From Camelus dromedarius (taxonomy: Eukaryota), in NCBI RefSeq assembly GCF_036321535.1, contig NC_087443.1, positions 83,514,001 through 83,578,000 on the forward strand: a stretch of DNA of 64,000 nt, in the 5' to 3' direction. Shown piece by piece: positions 49,492 to 60,664 of this stretch (within the stretch, counting starts at the first letter, position 1; the number at the start of each line of letters is the position of its first letter). A program made the translations under genes and the position numbers. Under the pieces are notes generated by a model. It was not told the origin of the DNA, did not search any database, and saw only the letters and a program-made list of their open reading frames with translations.

Positions 49492-51915
49492 ATATCCTTT
49501 GGGGGTTGCCATGTTTGGTCTCTGCCTGTTTCCAGGTGTAGGGCCCCTCCAGCTCTGGGAGTTTCCTGCGTGAGGACACGGTAAAGGTGTCTTTTGTCAT
49601 GCTAACAGGTGATTTTGGTAAGGCCCGGTTGAGGTAGGTGGAGGGTTAGGGTCAGGGTCAGGGTCAGGGTAGGTGGAGTTCCAGGTGGGAACCAGCCTTG
49701 ATACTGGAGGTTAGAACTTTCAGTCCCACCCTGTGGCCTCAGGGAAGGCAGCGGGGCTGGAGGTTGAGCTCAGTCATCAAAGGCCAGTGACTCAGTTTCA
49801 CCTCTGTGGTGAAGCCACCACAAGAACCCAAAAGGATGGGTCTGGAGAGCTTCCTGGTTGTTGAGTGGGTGGAGATGTCAGGGGAGCACCTGGAGAGGGT
49901 GGGGGAGCTCTGGGTCCCTCCCCACACCTCACCCTGTACCTCTCTTCCATCTGGCTATTCCTGAGTTATTCCCTATTAGAATGAACCTGTAATCTAGTAA
50001 GTAAAGTGTTTCTCTTAATTCTTTGAGCCACTCTGGCAAACTGATTAAACCCAGGGAGAGGTTGTGGGAACCCTGATCTACAGCCCGTTGGTCGGAAGTG
50101 ACAGGCGACAGCCTGGACCTGCAGTTGGTGTCTGAAGTGGGGGGAGGGGCGTGAGGCAGTCCTGAGCCCTTACTGTGGGAGCTGACGCCATCTCCAGGCG
50201 GGTGGTGTCAGAACTGAGTTGCATAGCAGGACACCCAGCTAGTGTCGGAGAACTGTTTGGCGGTGTGGGAACCCCCCAACCCCACTGGAAGTGAGTGCAC
50301 AGTTGTAGTGGCGCAGGGGAGACCCTTCCGAATCAGGCAGTGCTCAGGACAGTTCCCTGTCCCTCCTCTGGTCCTTGCTCTGGTCCAGGCAGCCACCACA
50401 GTGGTTAGCAGTGTCACCTGTCATAGTTGTTGGCATCGGAAGCATTGGTTCTCAGTTCTTGTTATACTTTAGAATTCCCCCAGGAGGCTTTTGAAGATAC
50501 TGGTATCTGGGCCCCTTTCCAGGCCAAAGAATCAGAATCTCAATGTGGGGCCCAGAAGCTCCCCCTCGATACACAGGTAGCACCGTGGGTCTCAGACTCT
50601 GCCTGGCATACCCACGCCTTCCAGGCCAGTCCAGCAGTAGGATTCTCCAGGTCAGAGATGAACCTTGAATGAAAATGTTCCTGAAAGCCAGGCTTTTGTA
50701 CTGTGCTTGAGGCGTGAGTTGGCGAGATGTAACGATGTTGTTCAGTAATGAGTGCACTTTTTGGACCCTGTTTTTGTTGTATTTATTTAAGCTACATTTA
50801 GGTTCCCCTTTTATGACAAAGGTGTTGGTTTGAGAGTTGCTACACCTCTAAGGTGGAGGATGAGGAACCATTCTCGCCATTTCAAGGGCTTGTTAGAATT
50901 TCTGTGGTAAAGTGTTGAGTTTCTCTACTTCAGGCCAAATAGATCAATCCATACAGTATCTCGTGCCAGCCAAAGGGTTTACTGGCACTTTTATGTCTGA
51001 GTATTGAAAACCATGGAACCTGTGGTTGCTATTCTGGGTACTGTGACGAGAGGCTACCTCTCCTCCTTTTGGTCTCTGGACATTCTGATTTCTTATCTAG
51101 GACGGCCTGTGAGCCAGTCCGGAGGCTTTTGGGGTCTGAATCAGCACAGGCTTGGTTAACCTCTCAGGGAAGAGTGCTGTTTATGGAAGGTCCCTTTGCT
51201 GTGCGGGTGGGAACACAGCCACTTAACTGGGCACGTAGACCCCAGGCCTGCTGGAGGGAGGGTATCACAGCTGGACTCCCAGGAGATGAACACTAGGTCG
51301 GGGCTGAGTGCTCCCAAAATAAAGATGAAGATGCCCCTTCTGCCTGTGTTAGTGTCACAGGAGGTGGGACCTTACAGTGAGCCTCAGGGTCCCTGGCTGG
51401 GGGAAGGAGGCCTGGCAGTCAGGAGGCGGGCTCACCGAAGGTCTCCATGGGGACTCCCCAGGGTGGCAGTGGTGGTTTGAGATGTACTAGTTAGGACTTT
51501 ATGGGAGGCACTAGTTTTGAGCGATCGCATCATCGTGAACTTAGGTACCTGGCAGCTAAACAACGATCAAGTTATGAAAACTTCCACTGAGCTTTGTTTT
51601 TGTTTCTTCTGCCGTCATGCTCTTTGAGAAGCCACACGAGAGCCACTGCTCGCCTTCCGCCACGTGTCTGCAGAAAGCGGTGTGGGGCCTGCGGTGCACC
51701 GTGGCCCTGGAGAGAGTCAGGACAGGGTTGGGCTCAGCGCTGAGCTGGGCTGGTTGGAGCCAGCCTGCTCCCAGGCTCCCAGGCAGGGCTTCCTCTGCTG
51801 TCACTTCCTGCTGAGGATTTCCTTTTGTCGGTGCATCCGTCTGCGTAACAAGACAAGGCAAAATAAATTAACTGTCTGGTAAAACTTTGAAGGAATTTTG
51901 CCTTAATTTCACCAC
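49492..51915 (+). other. MTG1: U12-type (minor spliceosome) AT-AC intron
   Basis: 5' splice site ATATCCTTT, branch site TGCCTTAAT at 51899-51907, and 3' end CAC. Splicing joins DAR|IPLSGRNP in frame. Confidence 0.95.
49500..50320 (+). mobile_element. MER21-like LTR in MTG1 intron 2
   Basis: Collinear with 10822-11575 (GTGTCTTTTG, GAACTTTCAGTCCCACC, GATCTACAGCCCGTTGGTCGGAAG, GTGGTGTCAGAAC). Confidence 0.8.
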
Positions 51916-52020
51916 ATCCCGCTTTCCGGCCGCAACCCTCTGTTTCAGGAAACCCTCGGGCTCAAGCCTCACTTGCTCGTCCTCAACAAGATGGACTTGG
52001 CGGATCTGAAGGAGCAGCAG
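51916..52020 (+). CDS. MTG1: MTG1 exon 3 (IPLSGRNPLFQETLGLKPHLLVLNKMDLAD)
   Basis: G4 motif NKxD. Confidence 0.96.
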
Positions 52021-53807
52021 GTAATGCCTCCCGCAGGGCTGTCAGTGGGAAGGTCACTGAACCAGTGTGGTGCTGGCTGGCCCCGGTGCTGGCTTTAGCA
52101 AGGGGCATCCCGATTGACTTGTGGTCTGAATGCTCAAGATGTGCACCTCCGACAGGAGATGGTCAGGAGGTGTGGCCCCACTAGGCCCGGAGCCCCTGGA
52201 CCGAGGCTGCGGTGGCACTGACTCCCACGTTTTGTTTCGCTTGCCTCGTGAGGCTAGTGGCTGCCGCCCTGGGCAGCACCGGCCTGGAGGCCTCCTGGCA
52301 TGGCTGCACTGGCCCCTGTCCGTCCTCACAGGCCAGTTCCACAGCCTCCCAGACCCTGGTCTGACCTGCGGGCTGCCTTTTGCACACTGAGTGGTCTGGA
52401 AGCTGGAAGGCAGGAGCCCAGAGTGGCTCGGGGATTCATGCCAGCCAGGCCGGATGGGGACACAGTGACCTGATGGGGGTGTTTCCCATTGCCCCTGAAT
52501 CAGAGGAACGTGCAGATTCAGGAATCATTATTTGTCAAGTGTTCATCTCTGCTTTTCTTGCTGTTGTCAGATTCTTCGTAAAGAGTAGGTGTTGAATCTT
52601 GAATTCAAGCCGGTTTCCCCCCTCAAGATGTTAGTGGTGCGGAGTTTTTCCTTTGCAGCAGCAATAATGGGTTTCTGGTTTCTCAGTTGCTGTGGTACAT
52701 TGAGACACTTAAACCCCAGCCACAGGCCTATACAAGAAGGTTTCCAGGGAAACCAAGTGCTCAAGCTGGAGTTCTCCGCTCATCGAGAGCCCCTGGCGGT
52801 CCCATCCTGCCCCAGCGTGCGGGCCGTCTGCTGGGTGATCCCTCCTGCCGAGCAGACGCGGCTCCCCGTGCCGAGGCCAGCCCACTTGGATCTCACCGCC
52901 GGGCAGTTGTCCTTGCCCACCACAGACTCTCCGTTTCTTTCATCAGTTGAGACTTGAGTCTTAATCATCCATCAATTGTTTCTGCTCCGAAATGCTAATC
53001 TTTGTGGAGTGGTGGGCACATTAGGCGACCTGACCTGGGGACACAGGGGTCTCACTTGGGGGCAGCTGGAGTGCTTGCCCCTCCTCCTCAGGTGCTGGGG
53101 CTGAGGGCTCTGGAGGAGGGGAGCTCCTGCGTCTGCCTCTGCGCAGCACGTGGGGACGCCCCACTTGAAGTGTGGCTTCATGTGCGTCTCTGGTGGCCTG
53201 TACCGTGATCTGCATCGTAATGAGTAAGATAAATAACTAAAACTAGTGGAATTAATGAATGACTTTCTTGTTCCTTTAAGTGAATCAGAAGCTGGTCAAA
53301 CAACACAACACTGGTTTTAAAGATAGAAGTCATAGGCTGAGTTGCTTATCACTGAGACCAGTGAGTTCCTGTGAACCTAATTTACTTCTGGGCTTTTGAA
53401 GAATTACATGTACTTTGCAATCTGATTGGGCTCAAACTGTACTTTAAGGGGCGCTCCCTAGCAGGACTAAGGGGGTCGCTCGACGGGGGCTGGACCGTAC
53501 GACGTCAGAGCTGGGAGTGACTTCAGATGACCTGGTTTAGCCTTCTTCCCCGTGTCCTCACGCGGAGCCAGCTGCTCAGGGCCACCCTGTGGCCAGGCTG
53601 CCCTCCTTTGAGGCCTTCGGCTCTGCGGTCTGTGCTGTCCAGGGTGCTCCGTCGTCCCCTCGCTGCCTGGAGCTTGGAGGTCGGGCCAGTCCTTCGCTGG
53701 ACCCTGGGCCTCAGTGGCTCTGAGCTGGCGAGCAGACCTTGGATCTTAGGCATCACACTGCCCGTCTCTTCGTTCAGTGTTTCAAATGAAAATGTCTTGT
53801 CTTTCAG

Positions 53808-53888
53808 AAAATTATACACCACTTAGAAGGAGAAGGTCTAAAAAATGTCATTTTTACCAACTGTGTGAAGGATGAAAACGTCAAGCAG
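53808..53888 (+). CDS. MTG1: MTG1 exon 4 (KIIHHLEGEGLKNVIFTNCVKDENVKQ)
   Basis: Homology; 81 nt. Confidence 0.95.
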
Positions 53889-54346
53889 GTAACTTCTGTT
53901 TTGTGCTCTGATGCTTATGCTTCAATAAGAAACACTGAGTTACCTTGTGCTTCGTAAGAAGAGTTCTGGAGGCGATCCGTGGATTGCTTGGGTTGCTGGG
54001 CACACCTGTCTCCCGGTGCCGGGAGCGGCTGGGGGAGCAGAGTCAGGCCGTGGGGCGACGCTGGGTCATGAATCGGAAGGGCTGCTGGAGAGTGCGCACC
54101 TTGTTCCCCAGTTGTGCCTGAGAAGTCCACTGGCCAGCGTGCGTCTTTGTTAGCTGGTGGTGGGGACTGTCCTGCTTGTCCTGGTGGGGGAACAGGAAGG
54201 GGCACAGGGCCCCCCAGTGCAGCCTGAGCCTGTGACGTGGATGGACCCGAGCAGTCCGGTGCGGGATGCTGGGGTGGCCACTGCAGGAGCGGAGGAGAGG
54301 CCAGGGCTCTGCAGGAAGGGGCCCGAGTGTAGCTTGTTTCTCGCAG

Positions 54347-54403
54347 ATCATCCCGACGGTCATGGAGCTGATTGGGAGCAGCTACCGCTATCATCGAGGA
54401 GAG
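54347..54403 (+). CDS. MTG1: MTG1 exon 5 (IIPTVMELIGSSYRYHRGE)
   Basis: Homology; 57 nt. Confidence 0.94.
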
Positions 54404-54685
54404 GTGGGTGGGAGGCCCTGGCGCTGGCCACGGGGAGTCCCTGCTGAGGGGCCCCAGGCTCAGCTGCTGAGCAGTGGGGGACCACCCCTAGCCCGTGAAC
54501 CCCTCTGTCCTCCGGTTCTCAGCGGGCAGGGTGATGCGGCCCCATCGAGGTGGGCAGGGCCTGCAGTGACCTTCCTTCCTGTTAAGCTGGCCGGGGCTTG
54601 CAAGTCCCTGGTCCCTCTGTGTGGGCTGGGTGGGGGTCCAGGTGGGGTCTGGGTGGGCCCCTGACCCCTGCCCTTGTGCCTGCAG

Positions 54686-54776
54686 AACCTGGAGTACTGC
54701 ATCATGGTGATCGGGGTCCCCAATGTGGGCAAGTCCTCCCTCATCAACTCCCTCCGGAGACAGCACCTCAGGAAAG
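54686..54776 (+). CDS. MTG1: MTG1 exon 6 (G1/P-loop GVPNVGKSS)
   Basis: P-loop; 91 nt. Confidence 0.97.
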
Positions 54777-55239
54777 GTACTTCCTAGGGCACATGATGCT
54801 TCATGGTCTGTAGGTCCAGCTGGTCAGGGGTCCCTGCACCAGGAGGACCCAACTGACAGCCTGGTGTGCGGTCAGCTGCTGAGATGGTCATTCCCTGACA
54901 TGTTTTTTACTTAATTAGTTTTCTCTCATTAAAATTAAACATCTCATTAGGATGTTTAATCCATGCGGTGACTCTTCCAGATGTTGGCGATCCTGTCCTC
55001 ATTTAAGTCTCTGACCCACGGTGCTCAGGGCATGACAGACACGTGGGGTGGGATGGGGAGGCTGTCCAGGCCGTCTCCGTGTTTCAGGCCTGTCCTTGGC
55101 TCCCAGCCTCCTTCTCCCCAGTGTTAAACCTTCACACTGAGTCTGCCACGGCTTTATTTCCTGCTTGAGAAGGTCCTTTGTGAACAGACCTGAAGGCTGA
55201 GCCATCATCTCAGAGGCGGGAGACCTGTTGTCACAGGCT

Positions 55240-55620
55240 TTCATTTTCTTGTTTATTTTTCTTTACTTGTGGCTTAAAGAGCATCACTGGCCTTACATGC
55301 ATTTAGTGCTGTGCAAGCACCACACTGCCTGTTTCCAGCGTTTTCCGTCATTTCAGACTGGAACTCTAGACTTAAGCAGTAGCTGTCCCCAGGCCCCAGG
55401 AACCTCTGGTCCAGTCTGTTGTGTGGCCCTGACAAATCTGGGACCTCGCAGCTGGGGTCACACAGACTTGAGCTCCTGCATCAGGTGTAACTCTTCAGGG
55501 CCCCTCCACGTTCGTCAGTCAGTTTCCTTCTTAAGGCTGAATGGCATTCCGCCGTGTGGATGGACCACGTTTGTTTATCCCTCCACGTGCTGATGGACAC
55601 ACACACCCTTTACTCCCGCG
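55240..55620 (-). mobile_element. L1MB-like 3' fragment
   Basis: TTCCTTCTTAAGGCTGAAT...TGTGGATGGACCACGTTTGTTTATCC. Confidence 0.7.
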
Positions 55621-55930
55621 CTGGTCCAGCAGAGGTGGGGAGTCTGCCTGGGACGCACCCCGGCTGCTGGGGCGGTGCTGGGGGCAGAGGTGTGGGCCAG
55701 TCCCGTGGGGAGGAGGGTGATGCTGTCGGGCGGCTCAGGTCTGGCCGTCACGGTCGTCCCTCAGCAGGTCTGGGGGCCTCCGGGGCCCCGGGAGGCGGTT
55801 CTGTCCTGGCGCGAGGAGTCGCTGTGGTGGGCTCGCTGGGCCCTCCTAGGTTTCCATGGTTTCGTTGCTCATTCTGTCACTCACCTGCCTGCGTGATTAA
55901 CAGACACTGACATCCCCTCTCATCTTGCAG

Positions 55931-55992
55931 GAAAAGCCACCAGGGTGGGCGGTGAGCCTGGGGTCACCAGAGCTGTGATGTCCAGAATTCAG
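55931..55992 (+). CDS. MTG1: MTG1 exon 7 (KATRVGGEPGVTRAVMSRIQ)
   Basis: G2 motif PGVT; 62 nt. Confidence 0.96.
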
Positions 55993-56283
55993 GTGGGGCC
56001 CCCACCGCCCTGTCCGCCGAGCGCTGTGCCGTCCTCACACCACACTGGGGGAGGGCATGCGGGGCCCCGTCCTGCCGAGGAGGGAGCGGCCCCGTTGGCG
56101 TCTCCCTGGGGGGGGGGGCAGCCATGGGCTCCTGCTTTTACTTCCTCACCTCCCCTGGGCATGGGGCCCTGCGGGGGACCCGCTGTGGTGCCGTGGCCAC
56201 GCTGGGCGGGCAGGTCGGGGCCTCGAGCCTGGGGACTGCAGGAGGCCTCCTGAGCTCTGGCCCGCCGCCTTCTCTGCCCACAG

Positions 56284-56380
56284 GTGTGTGAGCAGCCGCT
56301 CATGTTCCTGCTGGACACCCCAGGGGTGCTGGCTCCTCAGATCCAGAGTGTGGAGACGGGCCTGAAGCTGGCCCTGTGCG
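56284..56380 (+). CDS. MTG1: MTG1 exon 8 (G3 motif DTPG)
   Basis: LLDTPGVL; 97 nt. Confidence 0.97.
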
Positions 56381-56510
56381 GTGAGCCGGCCCCGGGTGGG
56401 CGGGCAGGCCAGCCTGGCGGGGCTGCTGCCCAGGCTCTGGGGCGGCGGTGCTGGTGTCTCGGCAGCGTGCAGTCCTGGCTCACAGCTGTCGCACCGCCCC
56501 TTGTTCCCAG

Positions 56511-56592
56511 GAAGCGTGCTGGACCACCTGGTGGGGGAGGAGACCCTGGCCGACTATCTTCTCTACACCCTCAACAGGCACCAGCTCCTGGG
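56511..56592 (+). CDS. MTG1: MTG1 exon 9 (SVLDHLVGEETLADYLLYTLN)
   Basis: Homology; 82 nt. Confidence 0.96.
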
Positions 56593-56999
56593 GTGAGTGT
56601 GGGGAGGCGGGGCCGCCTCTCTCATCTCCTGTCTCATCCGGAACGTGATTCAGAAGCAGCAGCGTTGTTAAGCGCAGACAGACATGGCCTGCAGCAGTTT
56701 GACAGGATCTGACGTACGGGTCCACCTGTGAAACTGGGACACAGTCCAGAAAACCCCCAGTTTCTTGAGCTGCTCTGTAACTGCCCCTTGCCCCTCCTGC
56801 CCACACCTGCTCCCCATCACCTCGGGGGTCTCACGAATGGAGCCACACGGCGCGCCCCCCAGCTCGGTCATTTCGGGCTTCTGCTGTGTTCTGACATCGG
56901 TCCCTGCTGAGGGCGCTTCCCTGTGCGGATGGCATTCTGTTTGTTCTCACCTCCAGGACGGGGTGAGCACTGGTGTCCCGTGGTGCCCCACACCTGTCC

Positions 57000-59010
57000 T
57001 TTGTCACCTGGAGGACGTCAATCCCAGGCTGTAGGTTTTCCCCAGGGAAGCAGCTCTTGGTCGCCCTGACTTCCTCTGCTCGCCCCGTCTTGCCTCGCTG
57101 ACGGCCTTCGGTCTGAGCGCTGCCTTGGCTCTGCTTGGCTGCCTTTCTTCCTGTTCACGCTGTTGGGGGGGGAGGGGGTCTCCTGCCTCCTCCGGGGGTC
57201 TGTGTCTCTTCCCCGTGGTCCCGGCTCTGTCGTGGGGGTGGGGACTCCAGGAGGTGGTTCTGTCCTGATGATGAGCCTTGACCTCTGTGTCCTTCAGGGC
57301 CCTCTGCCCCACGGTCTCCCTCGTGTGCTCCCCATCACCTTGCTTTGAGCACACGTGTGTCCTCACATTTAAGTGTGCTTACCCGCCGCGTGCACCTGGG
57401 CTCTGCTTTTCACCCAGTCAGACCCATTCTGCTTTCCTTTAGGTGTTTAGACCACTCCCCCCGGCATGGTCACTGGTGTCTCCTCACCTTTATCCCAGGC
57501 TTCTCTTTTTTTCTTCTCTCTTTCTTTGGTCTTTTTCAGATTCATTTTAGATACTTTTTATGACCCTTGTGTCAATTTGTTCCTGTAACTTTGGGGGAGG
57601 CTGTTGCAGGGTTTCCAGAACATCTGTAGGTGATGTTACCATGCCATGTGGTGTGGGGCCTTCCCTCCGCCTCGTCCGCACCGTGGCCGGCCTTGGCGTC
57701 TCTTTGGCTGCTGTGGGGCAGACACACTGCGCGTTTTGTGGCTCAGGGACATAAAGTGCAGAATTCGGCCTGGGCGTTACTGTGTTCACGGCTCCTTGTC
57801 CGCTTGCGGACCGCCTTCCTGTCAGGGTTTCCTTCGACGTTGACGTGGTGCAGGCCTGCGCTCGTCGCAGGTGTGTCTGTTCCACCTCCATCTCTGAAGG
57901 GTGTCTGCCGCGCTTGTGAAGCCGCAGGTCCACGTCCTCAGGCCCGCGGGGGCGGGGCGCCCGCCCCTCCGTGCTGCTCTGAGAAGTCTGCCGCTCTGGG
58001 ACACGCGCCCCTCTGGCTGCTTTCTGACTTCTCTGTCTGCAGCCTGGGTCCATGGCGCTGGGCTGCGCTGCGGTTGCTGCACGCCCTGTGCTGGTAGTGC
58101 CTGAGTTCCTGCACCTGCGGCCGAGTAGCTGTATCAGCTTGGGGGGACTTTCAGCCACACCCTTCCCCCTGCAGGACCGGGTCCCCCGTGCCGCTTGCTT
58201 GCCTTCCCTTCTGCAGAGTCTGGTCTGCTTACTCCCTGCAGCATGTTTCATAGTGTTTTCCTCTGGCCCTTTGATTTGGGCCATTTTTACAGATAATCTT
58301 CTGCACTTCTTCTCAACTTTGTCGCCACGGGGAGTGCAGTCCTAGTAACTGCTGTCCTGTCTCTGAGCTCCTGCGTCTGGGGCGGTTTCTGCTGGCTTTC
58401 TCCTCGAGGAGGGTCTGTTTCCCTGCTGTGTGGGCCTGGTGGTTTTTGATGGGAGGCAGGCGTAAGAACCTGACTGTTTGGGGTGATGGGTGTCTTTATT
58501 TTCCTGTGAAAATCCTCAGGCTTTGTTCTGGGACAGTTATTTGGAAATAGTCTGATCCTTTTGGGTCCTTTAAGATTTATCAGGTGGGCCTGGAACATTC
58601 CACTGACTGAAGCAGGGCCCTGGGGCTCACGGGGTTTCCGTCGGCTCCTGGCTCTGAGGAGGCTGGCTGTGCCCCTGTGTCCTCCTGGGCGGTGTTTCCT
58701 GACCTCTGGCCTCAGGAAACCTCTGCTGAATGTTGGGGGCAGCTCTCTGCACACGTCCCATCCCGCCACACCCTCTCTGATTCTCCGGGAACCTTCAGGC
58801 CACCTTGGTCCCAGCGCCATCCTCTCCACCCGTGGTCTTGGGCGCGGCGGGGCCTCCTCTTTCCCTGACTTATGTTCTTGGTGGCCTGACGTCCAGTACC
58901 TTGGAAACCATTGTTTTGTGTATTTTGGATTGTTTCTTCCCTTTTTTGTTATTTCTGATGGGGGGGGGTAGACCCAACCCTTGTCACTTTGTTTCGCATG
59001 GAAGTGGTTT
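57000..59010 (-). mobile_element. Ancient L1M (L1MC/MD-like) remnant, heavily GC-shifted
   Basis: Residual L1M motifs GAGAAGTCTGC, CTTTGTTCTGGGACAGTTATTTGGAAATAGTCTGATCC and GTCCAGTACCTTGGAAACCATTGTTT. Confidence 0.6.
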
Positions 59011-59816
59011 CCAGTGTCGTATCTTGCTTGGTGTTTGAGGCAGTCGTGTGGACCCCGCAGTCCTGCAGTGTTTCTGTAGAGCATGGCAGCCTGGCTCCGG
59101 CAGGTGTAGGTCTCCGGCATGTGTGGGCGGGAGGGAGTCCTCCTCAGGGCCTGCTGGTCCGGGGACAGAGGGGCTGCGGGGCTGCTGCTCTGGGGAAGGT
59201 GGATTTTGGACCTGCCTTCCTCAGGATTGGCATCCCTGAGTCGGGGCTCCAGTGCTCACGTGGGGTCCAGGCCCGTGTTGTCAGCCGGGTGTGTGGCCAG
59301 AGGTACTCCCAGGCAGCCAGCCTCCCCCATCGTGCAGCTGCAGGTCAGACCTCATTGCCCGTCTGCCCACCGGACGTGCAGATGGAGAGGCAGGTGGACC
59401 TGCTGGCCGGGGTCTCCCGGCTCAGAGGCATAGGGAGGTGCGTGTCTGTGGACAACACTGGTCTCCTTCAGCTTCTCAGCCTGAGACGTGCCATCCGGCC
59501 CTGTGCTGGCTTGTCCACCAGGCCCATACCACAGGCCTCCAGGCTGAGCGGGCATGTGCAGGACAACCTGGGCTGGTCCGCTGGCCGCAGAAAATGCTGG
59601 TCAGACAGACCCGCCCGGCTGCCCGGGGGCACCGATGCAGCCCCAGTAGCAAACTGAGTGTGTTACCGGCATGGGGGAGCTGGCCTCAGGGCCACTGAGG
59701 GTCGTGCAGGAAGACCCTGTCAGCGACGCGCCCGCAGTGGTGACCCAGGCTTATGAGGGGTCACTGTGGGCAGCCCTGGCTCCACGCTGGTCTCTGTGAC
59801 CGAGGTCTGTGTGCAG

Positions 59817-59929
59817 GTACGTGCAGCACTACAGCCTGGGCGGGGCCTGTGACGACATCGCCAGCGTGCTGAAGTGGGTGGCTGTGCGGCTGCGGAAGAC
59901 GCAGAGGGTCAAAGTGCTGACCGGCACAG
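59817..59929 (+). CDS. MTG1: MTG1 exon 10 (YVQHYSLGGACDDIASVLK...KVLTGT)
   Basis: Homology; 113 nt. Confidence 0.96.
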
Positions 59930-60018
59930 GTGAGACGGGGCGCCGCCCTGGGTTGGGCTTGGAGGGCCCGGGCTCTGAGGGAAGGCGGCCTCCCTCACCC
60001 ACCCTCCTGCCTTCCCAG

Positions 60019-60128
60019 GTGACGTGACCGTCATCCAGCCCGACTACTCCGCCGCCGCCCGAGACTTCCTGCGGGCTTTCCGCAGTGGGGTGCTTGGCCG
60101 CGTCATGCTGGACCGGGATGTCCTGTAG
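60019..60128 (+). CDS. MTG1: MTG1 exon 11 (QPDYSAAARDFLRAFRSGVLGRVMLDRDVL*)
   Basis: FL..FR.G.LG..MLD motif; TAG at 60126-60128. Confidence 0.95.
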
Positions 60129-60467
60129 GGCCCCCTCGGCAGAGCCCTGAGCTGGTCCAGCAGGAAGGCCTCTGATGCCCGGGTGTCCCCTGTTCACAAG
60201 CCCCTCGCTGGCCACTGTACACCCAGGTCTCTGCTCCAGGAAGGAGGCCCTTCTCCACTGCTGTCCCAGCCCAGCCATTCTGGGTGACAGGGAACTGAGC
60301 CTGGGACGTGGACGTCAGGGCAGTGGACCTCCCTGAGCAGTCCTCGTGTGCCTGGCCTGGTGAGGAAACTCACTCGTGTTCAATATCTGTTAAACATCCT
60401 CTTGAGGAGAAGCTGGTGTTTTCTCAAAAAGGGGTTGAACCTATAATCTGTAATTTAAAAATTTTAA

Positions 60468-60473
60468 ATTAAA
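60468..60473 (+). terminator. MTG1: Putative MTG1 polyadenylation signal ATTAAA
   Basis: ATTAAA in an AT-rich patch ~340 nt after the stop, followed by GU-rich sequence. Confidence 0.6.
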
Positions 60474-60658
60474 AGGCTTGTCTCTGTGGTTGGCTCCTTC
60501 ATTGTGGGCCCATGTGTTATGGCCCCTCACCAGAGAAAAACAGGACATGAGCCAGTTAACTGGTTAATACCTGAGTTAATACCTGAGGGCTCGTTGCAGG
60601 TTCCCAATGTGATGTCCTGGATCCTGCAGTAAGGAGCAGTCTCGTCGCCAGCGGAGTC

Positions 60659-60664
60659 TTTATT
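60659..60664 (-). terminator. SPRN: Putative SPRN polyadenylation signal AATAAA
   Basis: TTTATT on the + strand, ~2.5 kb downstream of the SPRN stop; consistent with the long SPRN 3'UTR. Confidence 0.6.

Noticed and set aside
53447-53465. CTCF-like motif (RC CTGCTAGGGAGCGCC) in MTG1 intron 3
   Set aside because: Two mismatches to the core in GC-rich DNA; cannot be supported without ChIP or conservation data.
57547-59657. Long ORFs (245, 277 and 222 aa) in MTG1 intron 9
   Set aside because: Explained by high GC and decayed L1M sequence; no protein-family features.
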